Below, in pieces: positions 35,901-46,554 of a stretch of 64,000 nucleotides of DNA (the stretch's first letter is position 1; each line of letters opens with the position of its first letter). Source of the stretch: Thecamonas trahens ATCC 50062 (taxonomy: Eukaryota; Protista; Apusomonadida); contig NW_013657638.1 of assembly GCF_000142905.1 (NCBI RefSeq), forward strand, positions 213,103-277,102, written 5' to 3'. The notes below the pieces were generated by a model. That model saw only the letters and a list, made by a program, of their open reading frames with translations. It did not search any database and was not told the origin of the DNA. Both the position numbers and the translations under genes were made by a program.

Positions 35901-38502
35901 TCGACTCGTCGGGATCCGACTCCTCCTCGTCGTACTCGTACTCGTAGTCTGCGTCTGCGTATGCGGCGGCGACAAGCGCTTCCGCGCACGCAGCGTGCAT
36001 GCGGTTGAGCTCGTCGATGTACTCGACAAAGGTGGCAGTGTAGTCGTCGATGGACGAGGCAAGGACGATGGCGAGCGCGTCGCGGAGCATGAGGTTGACG
36101 AGGCGGACAAGGGCAGCCGGCTCGACAACGTCGTATGGTGCGGCGTTGGCATGTGCCGAGAGTCCTGCGTCGAGCGCGTTGTTGAGCGACTGGATGGTGA
36201 TGTAGCGGACGTCGCGGACGGTGTTCCGCATGTAAAACGTTTGGTCGTTGAGAAAGTCTGTGAGCGAGGCAAGAGCAACGGCCTTGGACGGCTTGCGCGA
36301 CTTCGGCTTGAGCAGAAACGAAAGGAGGAGCGGCTTGTCGGTGACCGAGGCGAGGAACGACCACGAGGCTCGAAGTGCGGCGGCAAGGTTCGGGCGGGCC
36401 AGAAAGTGGGCCGAGGCGAGCGAGGCAAAGTGGCCGGCAAAGTCGTGGTGCGGGAGGACAAGGGTGCCGAGCTGAGGAATGGCAACCGGAGGCGTTGGGG
36501 CGGGCAGCGGCTCGGCCGGGTTGATGGCGCGGTACGGGAGGGTGGCGTCAAACTCCATCTGGTTGATGGTCCGCTTGTAGTGGTAGCGGACGGCTTCCTC
36601 AAAGGCATCAGTAAAGAGAGTGCCTGCAACCGTGGGCTCAAAGGCAGCGCTCGGGCCAGCACCGGTGTCGGACGCGCCGGCGCGCGCGCGGGCAACAAGC
36701 TCGGCGGTGACGGCGGCAGCGGCGACGGCGCGCTGGCGGTCGGTGAGGGTGGCGGCGTGTGGAAAGTCGCGGCCGACGCGCTTGACAATACTAGCATATG
36801 CGGCATCGTCGAGCTCGGGCAGGCCGTCGGTCGGCATGAGGTCGATGCGGACGTTGTAGCGAAGCATGGCCTCAGCCTCGCGGCGAGCCACCAGCGCAGC
36901 CTGAAGGCGGGCACCAAAGAGGCTCATATCCTCGCCATCAAAGACGAGGTTGAGCCGCGAGACCCACTTGAGCGAGTGGTTCGAGAGCCACTCGATCTGG
37001 TACAGCGCCTTGTCGGCGTTGTAGCCAACAACCAGGCACGGCTTCCACGACCACGAGCCGTCGACGTCAAAGAACTTGGAGAGGCCAGAGACGGCGTAGT
37101 TGGGCAGGCTCAGCTTTTCGTTGAGCTCATCAAAGGTGGCGTCGTCAAAAAACGAGAGCGGGAAGAAGCCAGCTGGGACCGAGTCGTCGTCGTCGTCGTC
37201 GTTGGAGGATTCGGCCCGGGCCGGGTTCGGCGTCGGCGTCGGCGCCAGCTGGGGCGTAAGCAGCGGTTGGAGCGGAGGCGGTAGCGGTGGGAGCGGTGAT
37301 TCTCTGTGTGCTTCACGCATGCGGCTGCCGCTTGGCAGCGGCGAGAGCCTCGACGGAGTGGCGTGGTGGGAAGCGTCGCAGACCGGGGATGAGAGGGTCA
37401 TGGCAAGCGCCGAGGTGGCACGAACAGTCTCTCCCTGCTCAAGTAGTGCCGGAGATGGCTGCAAGCGCATAGAGCTCTGAGCGCGGGTCGGGGTTTTGCG
37501 GGCAGCGGCCATGATCTTGCGCAGCGAAGTGGTATTGGAGCGGACGACCGAGGCGCGGGAGAGCGAGGCCTGGCCAGCGTGACGGCTCTGCGCGCGGGCA
37601 AGCGACGATGGGCGTGAGAGCGAGCGCGAGAGGGAGCGAGAGCGTAGCGCGCGCGAGCCGCTGCCACGGCTGCCACGGCTTGCACGGCCGCGGCCGCGCC
37701 GCGATCGGACCGGGCCGAGCCGCCGGGCGCGGGACGGCTGGTCCGACGATGACACGGCGTTGTCGAGATCGTCGAGTGTGATGGGCCGATCGGCCGAGGC
37801 TGCCAGCTCGGCGCCGTCGGCAGAGAACGAGAGATGGCGCTCGACAACGGTGACGTTGCCGACGCCGGTCGAGTCGTCGATGTCGGCGGCCGAGAGCAGC
37901 CGCGAGAGCGACGAGGCGGCCGGGACCGATCCCGGGTACGGGCGGACGTCCTCGGCATCCACGTGTGGCGTGCGGTGGACTCTTGCCTCTCGCCCGATGG
38001 TGTTGATGGTCTTGACCAGCGACGGTGAGGCGCGGCCAGGCGTGGCGTAGTTCTCGGCCCGTGGCAGGTACGAGTTCGCGTGGCCGAGGAGCGACGGGGC
38101 TGCTGACCGCGGCTCGACGCCCCGCAGAGGCGCCGGAGAGTGGCTGCTTCCGGACGACGGCAGAGCAAGGCCGTCGGCACCGGCTTGGGCATCCGGGCGG
38201 GAGTTGAGGCTGGCCAAGTCGGCCGCGCCGACCTGCCACGAGCCGATGGGTGGCATGGCGACGGAGCCGGCCGGCTCACCCAACCGCTGGCGGACCAGCT
38301 GCTCTGTGGCACGCAGCGACTCGTGCTCGACAAAGCGGTCGAGGGCGAGGAAGTGTGTCCGTTCCAAGGGGGTCTGTGTAGGGAAGGGGGGCGGGGCGGT
38401 GAGCGGGGGGGGCGAGGGAGTGCACAGAGGGAGACAGGGGGAGGGGGGAGAGGGACGGCGACGTACCAACCGCTCAGGGTCGACCCCTTCGTAGGTGTTC
38501 AT
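23930..38502 (-). CDS. DNAH1: Axonemal inner-arm dynein heavy chain, DNAH1-like; probable 93-nt intron 38374-38466; 1-nt frameshift near 28932 joins the two ORFs
   Basis: DNAH1-type N-terminal WVSRLNLVFDGED...AEAMLRYNVRIDLMP. AAA1 GPAGTGKTET/CFDEFNR, AAA2 GTAGTGKS, AAA3 GTSGAGKT, AAA4 GGSGRKSL, then stalk/MTBD, WPLLVDPQGQAN, QNCHL and C-terminal HWVRRSVA. Adding one C near 28932 restores RANLHLVLCMSP. Confidence 0.93.
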
Positions 38503-38755
38503 GGTTTCAGGGGGAGGGTGGGGAGGGTGGAGGGTGTAGGGTGGTGGGGGTGGGGGTGGAGGGTGGAGGGTGGGGGGTGGGGGTGGGGTGGAGTGGTACG
38601 GTTGGAGCGGGGTAGGGCGGTTACCTGGTGGGGTGGGCGGGTGGCTGGGCGTGGGCGGGTGGCCGTGATTGGCGCGGGCGGGAAGGCAACGGTTGGCGGA
38701 CGGCTGGCGGACGGCTGGCGGGCGTTGGCTGGCAATGGCGGTTAATGGATGGTGG

Positions 38756-40060
38756 TTATTGGGCGCGGGCGATGTGGGCGAATATCAAGTGGAGGATCTC
38801 GTTGGGGAGGTGTGGAAGGAAGCAGTGTGAGGCGTAGGTGTAGTCCGACGTGGCCGGGTTGACAGCGCGGGCGATGACGAGGACGACAAAGATGGTGCGG
38901 CGGACAGCGAGCGAGAAGGCGAGGTGCGAGACTGGCGACCACGGGCGGCGGAGGTGGGCGTGTGGATCTGAGGCTGCACACGCGCCAGGAACAATGCGCA
39001 GTGCTATCGAGTGTTCGACGACAGCAAGGCTGCCGGTGGAGAGAGCGGCGACGGTGATGGGGGATGAAAACGACGGGACCGAGCCAGTCGGCAGCGGCGA
39101 GACAGCCATGTCACCGGCAGTGGCGGTGTCGAGAGTCACGCCATCGGCAGCAGCATCCGGAGTGAGCGCAACGGAGAGCACCACCGTCCACGAATAGAGG
39201 CAGACGAGGATTGAGTTGTCGCCAGCAAGGGCGATGCCGGATGGGTTGAGGAGCGACGGGATGGTGGCAGAGATCGGCGCAGATGGTGGGGCAGTGGCTG
39301 AGGCCTTGGTGCCAGCGATGCGAGTCAGCTGCAGCGAGGCAAGGTCGAGGCGGATAATGGCGTGGTACTGCGAGAAGAAGAGCGCGTTGCCTGAGGGCGA
39401 GACAGCGAGGCCTTTGGGCTCGTTGAGCCAGAATGGGCCGTCTGCAGCGGTGACGCCCAAACGGGCTACAAGCGGGCGGACGGTCCACTCGTTTGTTGCG
39501 GGCGCGGTCGACGGAGGAGGCGTAGCTATGTAGATGGTGTTGGCTCCTCGATCGGCAATGTACAGCGCGCCGGAGCACGGGTGGACGGCAAGGCCGTATA
39601 TGAGCTTGAACACAATCGAGAGGGCCGGCACATCGGCATACTCCGCGCCCGACTGCAGATCTAGACCAGAAGCCGAGGCCAGCGGAACCGGAGCCAGCGT
39701 GCCGGCGTTGCGGCCCGTCAACGAGCCGACAATGAGCCGGGGCGAGGAGCGGGCGCCGGCGCGCAGGGCGGCAAGCGACGGTACGGCAAAGGCCAGGACG
39801 CCCGACTCGCCAGCAACATACACCTCTAAGCCCTGTGGCGAGAAGGCGATGCCGCGGGCGCCGCGCTTGACCGGAAAAGCCGCGTCGGACGAGAGCTGCA
39901 GCGGTTCGGCGTTGGGCCCGGCATCAGTGTCGAGCAGGTGGACGTGGCCTGTGGTGAGGGAGACGGCAACGATGGCCGGGTTGAGCGGGTGGGCGGCGAC
40001 GCCTGCGACTGCTGACAGCGGGTATGTGCGGGGGGTGGAGGAGGAGGAGGGGGCAGCCAT
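38756..40060 (-). CDS. NHL/six-bladed beta-propeller protein with a C-terminal F-box/BC-box-like motif
   Basis: IYGLAVHPCSGALYIADRGANTI, LNEPKGLAVSPSG, LLNPSGIALAGDNSILV; C-terminus PWSPVSHLAF..VRRTIFVVL...LPHLPNEILHLIFAHI. Confidence 0.7.
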   Translation of the reverse strand: MAAPSSSSTPRTYPLSAVAGVAAHPLNPAIVAVSLTTGHVHLLDTDAGPNAEPLQLSSDAAFPVKRGARGIAFSPQGLEVYVAGESGVLAFAVPSLAALRAGARSSPRLIVGSLTGRNAGTLAPVPLASASGLDLQSGAEYADVPALSIVFKLIYGLAVHPCSGALYIADRGANTIYIATPPPSTAPATNEWTVRPLVARLGVTAADGPFWLNEPKGLAVSPSGNALFFSQYHAIIRLDLASLQLTRIAGTKASATAPPSAPISATIPSLLNPSGIALAGDNSILVCLYSWTVVLSVALTPDAAADGVTLDTATAGDMAVSPLPTGSVPSFSSPITVAALSTGSLAVVEHSIALRIVPGACAASDPHAHLRRPWSPVSHLAFSLAVRRTIFVVLVIARAVNPATSDYTYASHCFLPHLPNEILHLIFAHIARAQ

Positions 40061-40187
40061 TGCGGGAGGTTGTGGGGAGAGGGTGGTTGAGAGAGGGGGG
40101 AGGGGGGCGGAGAGGTGTGGTGGCGGAGCGATGGTCTCCGTCTGTGCTCGGTCTGCGTCAGGAAAGGCGTCGTGTCCATGGTATAGT

Positions 40188-40533
40188 GTGATGTGGTGAT
40201 GCTGTGATGTGGTGATGCTGTGATGTGGTGATGCTGTGATGTGGTGATGCTGTGATGTGGTGATGCTGTGATGTGGTGATGGTGTGATGTGGTGATGCTG
40301 TGATGTGGTGATGCTGTGATGTGGTGATGCTGTGATGTGGTGATGCTGTGATGTGGTGATGCTGTGATGTGGTGATGCTGTGATGTGGTGATGCTGTGAT
40401 GTGGTGATGCTGTGATGTGGTGATGCTGTGATGTGGTGATGCCGTGATGTGGTGATGCTGTGATGTGGTGATGCTGTGATGTGGTGATGGTGTGATGTGG
40501 TGATGCTGTGATGTGGTGATGCTGTGATGTGAT
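40188..40533. repeat. 16-bp minisatellite (GTGATGTGGTGATGCT), about 21 copies
   Basis: Directly visible, with rare GGT/GCC variants. Confidence 0.96.
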
Positions 40534-40951
40534 GTAGTGGTGCAATGCGGTGGGGTGGTCATCATGTGTCTGTCACAGCTGTCAAACAACTCGTCAAGCG
40601 GGTGCACGTGGCGTGCCCGGGCTCCGCACCTGTGCCAACACGCGCAGAGTGTCTGTGGCGGTGGTGAGGAGAGGGAGTGGGGGTAGGCGGCAGAAGACAG
40701 CCCTGTTGCCGGACGGCATGTGCAGGGGCGCAAGTGGGCCGGTGGTGGGCTGGTGGCGGGCTGGTGGTGGGTACAGGTTGCATGACAGAGGAGCAAACGC
40801 CCACAGGCGGCCCTTCCTTCCCTGCCTCAACCGACCAAGTGGCTGACACTACTTCTCTCCGGCAGCGCGTGCAGCGGTGGGGAGACAACCTGCATACACC
40901 GTCGAACAGGAGGAGCGCGGCGTGTGACTTGGCGTGTAGGCTGGTGGTGGT

Positions 40952-42289
40952 ATGGCTGGCAAGACAAGCAAGAAGAGCGTGGGGAAGGCGAGTCGGGGGA
41001 AGGGCAAGGGCGGAGGCAAGGGCGGAGGCAAGGGCGGAGGCAAGGGCGGAGGCAAGGGCAAGGGCAAGGGCAAGGGCAAGGGCAAGGGCAAGGGCAAGGG
41101 CAAGACCAAGGGTAGAGGTGGCTCGTCGGAGGCCTCGTCGGCAGTCTCCAGCTCGGACAATGATGAGACAGGCGAGTCTGGCGAGACAACGGGCGACACG
41201 TCCCTTGATACGTCCGTGGATGGGTCCGATGGCGAGTCTAGTTCTGCCGATGAGACGGATGACGCGACGGATGATGCGACGGATGCATGTGATGGTGAGT
41301 CCGAGACGTCGAGTGTACTGGAGAGCAGCGACGACGAGACAGACACAACGACGGAGCGGTGCGAGCCGACCTCGGATGTCGTCCTCACCAATGTGTTCTC
41401 GCACTCGTCGGAAGACAACGCCAGCCGCAGCTCGCGATCGCGCAAGAGCAGCAAGAGAAGCAAGAGAAGCAAAGATAAGAGCAGCAAAGCTGACAACGAG
41501 AAGAAGCGGACACGAAAGGTTCGCCGAAAGAAGATCAAGAACGGCAAGGGTGCTCCTCCTTCAGAGCCGACAACTTGTGATGGAAGCGACGCCGGCCTGT
41601 GGTCGACTTCAGACTCGGTGGTCAAGGCGATGAAGCATGACCTCGAGACGTACGTGCGGATGACCGCTGGCGAGCGGCGCGAGTTTTCCAAGTACTACCG
41701 CCCGGTCCGCATTCCCAACTGGCCGACGTGCCACCCAGTCGTCTCGCATCGCATTACCAGCGACGTGCCCGAGGGCGCACGGACGACGGTCCGCTGGTCG
41801 TACGCCCTCTGGTACTTTGTCATGTTTGCGTACTTTGCCAACATCGCTGCTGTCGCCTGGGCCGTCATCCGCGAGCATGACACCGGTGCCTCGGCCGGCC
41901 TGGCCACCACGTACTTTCTGGTCGGCTCGGGCCTCTCGTTTGTATTCTGGTACTGGCCACTCTATGCCGCAGCGCGGGCGTCGGCCCCGGCGAAGCTCCC
42001 GTTCTTTGTCTTTTCGTCCATCGTCCAGATGGCCGCTCTCGGTTTCCTCGCCGTCGGCGTGCCCGGCTCCGGCGGCGGCGGTGTGTGGCTCGCCACCAAC
42101 CTGCTTGACACTTCCAAGCCCGGCGGCATCGTAGGCCTCTGCGTCGGCGGACTCTTTGCCGTCCTCGCTCTCCTCCACATCCCCATCATTGTCGCCACCT
42201 ACCGCACCCACTCGGCGCTCTCGCGCGCCAACTTTATCACCGAGCGCCGTCGCGAGGCCGCTGCTGCGAGGCACGCGCTCGCTGTCTAG
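40952..42289 (+). CDS. SCAMP (secretory carrier membrane protein) family member with a (GK)n and acidic/basic N-terminal extension
   Basis: PNWP..HPVVSHRITSDVP, four TM helices and the SCAMP E-peptide-like SFVFWYWPLYAAAR...FFVF. Confidence 0.8.
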   Translation: MAGKTSKKSVGKASRGKGKGGGKGGGKGGGKGGGKGKGKGKGKGKGKGKGKTKGRGGSSEASSAVSSSDNDETGESGETTGDTSLDTSVDGSDGESSSADETDDATDDATDACDGESETSSVLESSDDETDTTTERCEPTSDVVLTNVFSHSSEDNASRSSRSRKSSKRSKRSKDKSSKADNEKKRTRKVRRKKIKNGKGAPPSEPTTCDGSDAGLWSTSDSVVKAMKHDLETYVRMTAGERREFSKYYRPVRIPNWPTCHPVVSHRITSDVPEGARTTVRWSYALWYFVMFAYFANIAAVAWAVIREHDTGASAGLATTYFLVGSGLSFVFWYWPLYAAARASAPAKLPFFVFSSIVQMAALGFLAVGVPGSGGGGVWLATNLLDTSKPGGIVGLCVGGLFAVLALLHIPIIVATYRTHSALSRANFITERRREAAAARHALAV

Positions 42290-42574
42290 ACTTGTAGCAA
42301 TTCACTTTACTCACTGGCCGCGCGTTAGGTGCGCGCAGAAGCCCGGGCACTGTCGCACGGTGACGCGGTAGCTCAGCAGCCCAAACAGCGCAGCGCGGCT
42401 GCGTCGTGGCCGCCGAGGTCCTCGCATTCCGCGCCACATCAAGGTAAAGGTAGCAACCCAGCCGTTGATGAGGACAGCCAGCACTTGCGGCGATACCACC
42501 TACCGCTACTTACATTCGTAGATCTCTCTGTCCTAGAGAGCGCTCTTGGGCCAAGACGCGATGTTTCGAGCGCA

Positions 42575-42745
42575 CCAAATTCAAATCAACATATGGACTA
42601 TAAAAAGATATATTTATGGTACTGTAAACATATAATAGTATCATCTACAACTAATATCTACAGATTTATTGTTTGTTTTAATAAGTATTATATATTTTGA
42701 TTATATTTATTGTTTTGACGCAGCTTTTTGACGTTTTTAGACGTC
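42575..42745. other. Sharply AT-rich intergenic island
   Basis: For example taaaaagatatatttatggtactgtaaacatataatagtatcatc...tattatatattttgattatatttattg, set in a GC-rich background. Confidence 0.85.
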
Positions 42746-43046
42746 TCCGTGTGTGCTATCCTGCCTTTCTTTTAGCCACACCCGCCGAATCACACCCTCC
42801 TCATCTCATAGGCTCCTGCCCACCTCTGTGCACCCGCACGTCTCTCGGAGCCCAACGCAATGCACCTATCCCTCCCTTGTATAATCGCCATAACGGTTTG
42901 TGGCCGCTTTTTCTTCCAAAAGACTGGTCTGCGTCATTGTTGCCCCGAGATTTCGCTCTACCGATCTTCGCTCTCACGCTCCGGCGCCTGCTCCGCAAGC
43001 AGAGCACAGTACCGCTCTCTCCGCACCACCCAACCACGGCACCGGC

Positions 43047-43979
43047 ATGAGCCGCACCCGCTCCGGGACGGACCGGCTGCAGGCGCTGCGGAAAGAGCTG
43101 CTGCTGTGGGAGGCAGCGTACGCGCGCGCCACCGGTGAGCTGCCGACCGCCGCCGATATTCGCGCCAACCAAGACATGCTGCCGCGATATCGGTTGTACC
43201 GGCAGCTGAAGCGGCAGGCGGCCAAGGCTGCGCGCGCCGGAGCACCAACGCCGTCTGGCGAGCCGCCTCTCCGCGCTGCTGCGGCACCCTCCAGCCCGTC
43301 GGGCTCGGGCAGGCCCTCGGCCTCGGTCTCGCTCGACGCGCCGCCAGCGTTGGTCAACTCGGCCGGCTCCCCGCTCTCGCGCATCTCGTCAGAACCGGCG
43401 ACTGCGTCGCCGTCATCTGCTGGGTCATCGTCTGCGCTGCAGCGGATGCCGGGCATGCCCGCTTCGCCTGCAGCGTCGCTTGGCGGCACTCTGTTTGCCG
43501 ACGGACGGATGCACGTCATCTGCGACGCCGCGATCGCCGTCGACGCGTCGGGCCACGTCCGGGCGGCGGTGGGCGTCTTTGTTGGCGCCGACGACCCGCG
43601 CAACGTCTCACGCGTCCTCGACGACACTCATCCGTACCCGTGGAACGCCGAAGGCTGGTCGCCGGACTCTGTCGAGCGATGCGCTTCGCTGGCCGCCGCT
43701 GAGGTTGCCCTGCGCATCATCCCGCCGTCAGCCACCGTTTGCATCCACACCCACTCGCGGTTCGTTGTCAAGGCTGCCGCCAACTTTCTGCCCAAGTGGG
43801 CCAAGTCACAGTGGCGCGTCGCCGCCGGCGGGCCCATCGGCTTTGCTCGTCTGTGGAAGGCCATCTATCGCCTCTCCAAGGACCGCCTCGCCGACAAGAC
43901 TCTCATCTGGCAGCACGAGAGCCACAATGCCCATTTGCCCGAGGCCATGCTCCTTGCCCGAGCCGCTCTCGGCCCGTAG
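43047..43979 (+). CDS. Sld2/RECQL4-N-like helical domain fused to a degenerate RNase H1-like domain
   Basis: N-terminal LRKELLLWEAAYARATGELPTAADIR...YRLYRQLK. C-terminal HVICDAA...AAVGVFVGADDPRNVSRVL...VCIHTHSRFVVKAA..FLPKWAKSQWR..GGPI.FARLWKAI...LIWQH...EAMLLARAA. Confidence 0.75.
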   Translation: MSRTRSGTDRLQALRKELLLWEAAYARATGELPTAADIRANQDMLPRYRLYRQLKRQAAKAARAGAPTPSGEPPLRAAAAPSSPSGSGRPSASVSLDAPPALVNSAGSPLSRISSEPATASPSSAGSSSALQRMPGMPASPAASLGGTLFADGRMHVICDAAIAVDASGHVRAAVGVFVGADDPRNVSRVLDDTHPYPWNAEGWSPDSVERCASLAAAEVALRIIPPSATVCIHTHSRFVVKAAANFLPKWAKSQWRVAAGGPIGFARLWKAIYRLSKDRLADKTLIWQHESHNAHLPEAMLLARAALGP

Positions 43980-44237
43980 CCTCGCCCCTCGCCCACCTTG
44001 TCCGTCAGCCTGGTATTGCTCCTGCACTGATTGAACTGCCCGCCCCATCCATCATGGCATGCTGGCCCTGCCTGACCACCTATTGTGCCACCTTGCACCC
44101 TCGCACGGCCACCGTCCAGCGGCCGGTTGGCTGCCGGGCGGCTGGCTGCCTGGCGGCTGCCGGGCGGTTGGCACTCGGGGCGGTTGGCACACGTCCACTC
44201 CACTCCCCCCCCCCCCCCCCCCCCCTCCGGCAGCGGG

Positions 44238-46519
44238 ATGGACTCGGAGTTTGTGGCGGACCTGGCGTTTCTGGCCGAGCTGGCAGCAGAGGAGCCCGAA
44301 GGCAATGTCAAGGACCTTGCCAACGAGTACCTGACGGCGCTGGACCTGCCGCTGGTCCGTGCCATGGCCCGCAAGCGCAAGACGAACGGCACGCTGCCGC
44401 GGGCGGACGTCTCGCTCCGCTCGCTCTCGATGACGACGGCGCTGCAAGGTGCGGCGACCAGCGAGCACGGCGGCGGTGGCGGCGACGGCGACGACGACGA
44501 CGTGTCCTACGGGTCCAGCGCGCCGGCGCTGCGGCCCGAGGACCAGTTCTGGGAGTTCAATGCCAGAGTCACCGCCGTCCGGCTAGGCAAGGTGCCCGAC
44601 GACGGGCCGGACCACAACCCGTATCTGCAGCCGCATCTCCGCCGGACACTGCACCACCGTGGCTCGCTGACTGACGTCCGCTTTGCCGTCGCTCACAAGG
44701 TCCCGCCCGTCCGCGTCGAGCCGTTCTCGGCCCAGACCATGGAGCGCCAGGCCCAGTCGGAGCGCTCCGAGCGTGAGCTCAAAATCGTCAAGTCCTCTGT
44801 CGCCCGCACTATCGACTCGATCATCGCCCGTGTCTCGGCCTCGTTCCGCAAGACAGAGCATGAGCGCAAGCGCAAGCTCTCCGAACTCGTCGACAAGTCG
44901 CGGAAGGAGCACAAGTCGCGCGAGGGCGACTCGGACCTCGAGCTCGATTCGCTTTCGGCGCTCTCGGCCATGTTTGCCACCGAGTACGTCTCCGTCTTCC
45001 TCATGCGCCTCACCGAGGCGCTGCCCAACCTTGTTCAGACCGTCATCAACAAGGTTGCCCTCCTCGACCGCTCGTCTCAGGCGCGCGCGCCCTCGTTCGG
45101 CCGCTACTCCCCGGTCTCCAACGACGGCGATGTCGAAGACTCGGACTTGGACGACGGCCGCACCTCGCGCCTCTCGCCGGTCCAGACCGCCCGCCTCGAG
45201 TTTTTTGTTCTCCTCCAGTCGGCCAAGTACGTCTACCGCAAGTTTACCCCGCACAACCGCGTCCGCTCCTCCATGCCGCCGGCCCTCCACGACTGGACCC
45301 GCGTCTCAGCCTTTTTTGAGTCATGCATCTTTGACTACAACCTTGCGCCCGAGCGGGCCAAGCAAGTCTATGCCGTCTTTCATGGCGTCGACGATCGCAC
45401 CGTCGGCGCCTCGTCCGTTTTCCGCTCACCTTCGCCGCTCTCGTCGAGTAAGAAGAAGACATCGCCGTCGCGCTCCAGCTCTCGCGTCCGCTCCTCGTCC
45501 AAGGCTACAGCCTCACCGGCGTCGCCGCTGCGGACTCCGTCGCGGCTGCTCCACCCAGACTCTGCACCTGAGTCTATTATGACGCGCATGCTGGCCGACA
45601 ATACCCCTGTCTCGCCGCACGCCTCCGCTCTCCTCCGCCAGCTCGGCCGCATGAACGGTCTTGACGTCGCCGCCTCACCCAACGTCTCTGCCTCGTCGCT
45701 GCACGACCCGGCGTCGCCGCCACCGCCGCTCAAGCTCAACGGAAGCTTTACAGCCTCGTCGCCGATTTACGCCTCGCCCCTTCGCGCGCACCCCACGCCG
45801 CCGCGGCGCCAGCGCCACTCGCGCTCCACAGGCGGCTCTGGCTCTGGCTCGGCCAAAGATGCCAAATCTGTCTCTGTCTCTGCCTTGGAATCCAGTCCGA
45901 CCAAGGCCATGCATGCTTTGGTGAGTGGTGCTGGTGACGCCGATGATGCCGCGACCCGTGATGGTGGTGATGGTGGCGATGGTGGTGACGGCGCAACGTC
46001 AGTCCCCATCTCCAAGTCCAAGTCCAAGTCCAAGTCCAAGGGAAAGGGCAACGGCAAGGGCAAGAGTAAGTCCAAGAGCAAGTCCAAGGGTAAGGGCAAG
46101 GGTAAGGGCAAGGGTAAGGGCGAGGGCAAGAGCAAGGACAAGTCCAAGTCCGAGCTTGCTGCGTCTGGTGCCCCAGAGTTCACCCCGGAAGCCGACAACG
46201 AACCGACGCCCGCTCCTGCCCCTCCTCCCAACAACACCCCGATCGACAAGCCTGGCGCTGCTGCCGCTGTCGAGCCTGCTTGCGAGTCGGCAAGCGTTTC
46301 CGAGCCTGATCAACCTTTGGCAACTCTGCCTGAGATGGAACAGGGCAAGGGCAAGAGCAAGGGCAAGGGTAAGGGAAAGGGTAAGGGCAAGGGCAAGGGT
46401 AAGGGTAAGGACAAGACCAAGGACAAAACCAAAGCCAAGGACAAGACCAAGGACAAGACCAGGCCAAGGCCAAGAATGACGCCAATGACGCCACCCCCCC
46501 CCCTGCCCCCGCCTCCTAA
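44238..46519 (+). CDS. Uncharacterised protein with a helical core, SP-rich region and (GK)/(KS) tracts; probable frameshift near 46461, stop TAA 46517-46519
   Basis: Long ORF with typical codon usage. The KDKTKAKAKNDAND pattern continues in the shifted frame to the stop. Confidence 0.6.
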
Positions 46520-46554
46520 ACGCTACCTCCCTCACGCAACAGGTGGCCCAGCAT

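Noticed and set aside
5330-37284. Numerous long antisense or alternate-frame ORFs over FKBP15, VPS52, dynein and others
   Set aside because: These are the expected shadow ORFs of high-GC3 coding sequence and carry no recognisable motifs.
39826-40796. His/Thr-rich ORFs (HHSITTSQHHHITASP)n
   Set aside because: These are translations of the 16-bp minisatellite, with no independent coding evidence.
43500-43979. RNase H domain as a retrotransposon remnant
   Set aside because: There is no RT, integrase, gag or LTR nearby, and the sequence resembles cellular RNase H1 within an intact ORF.
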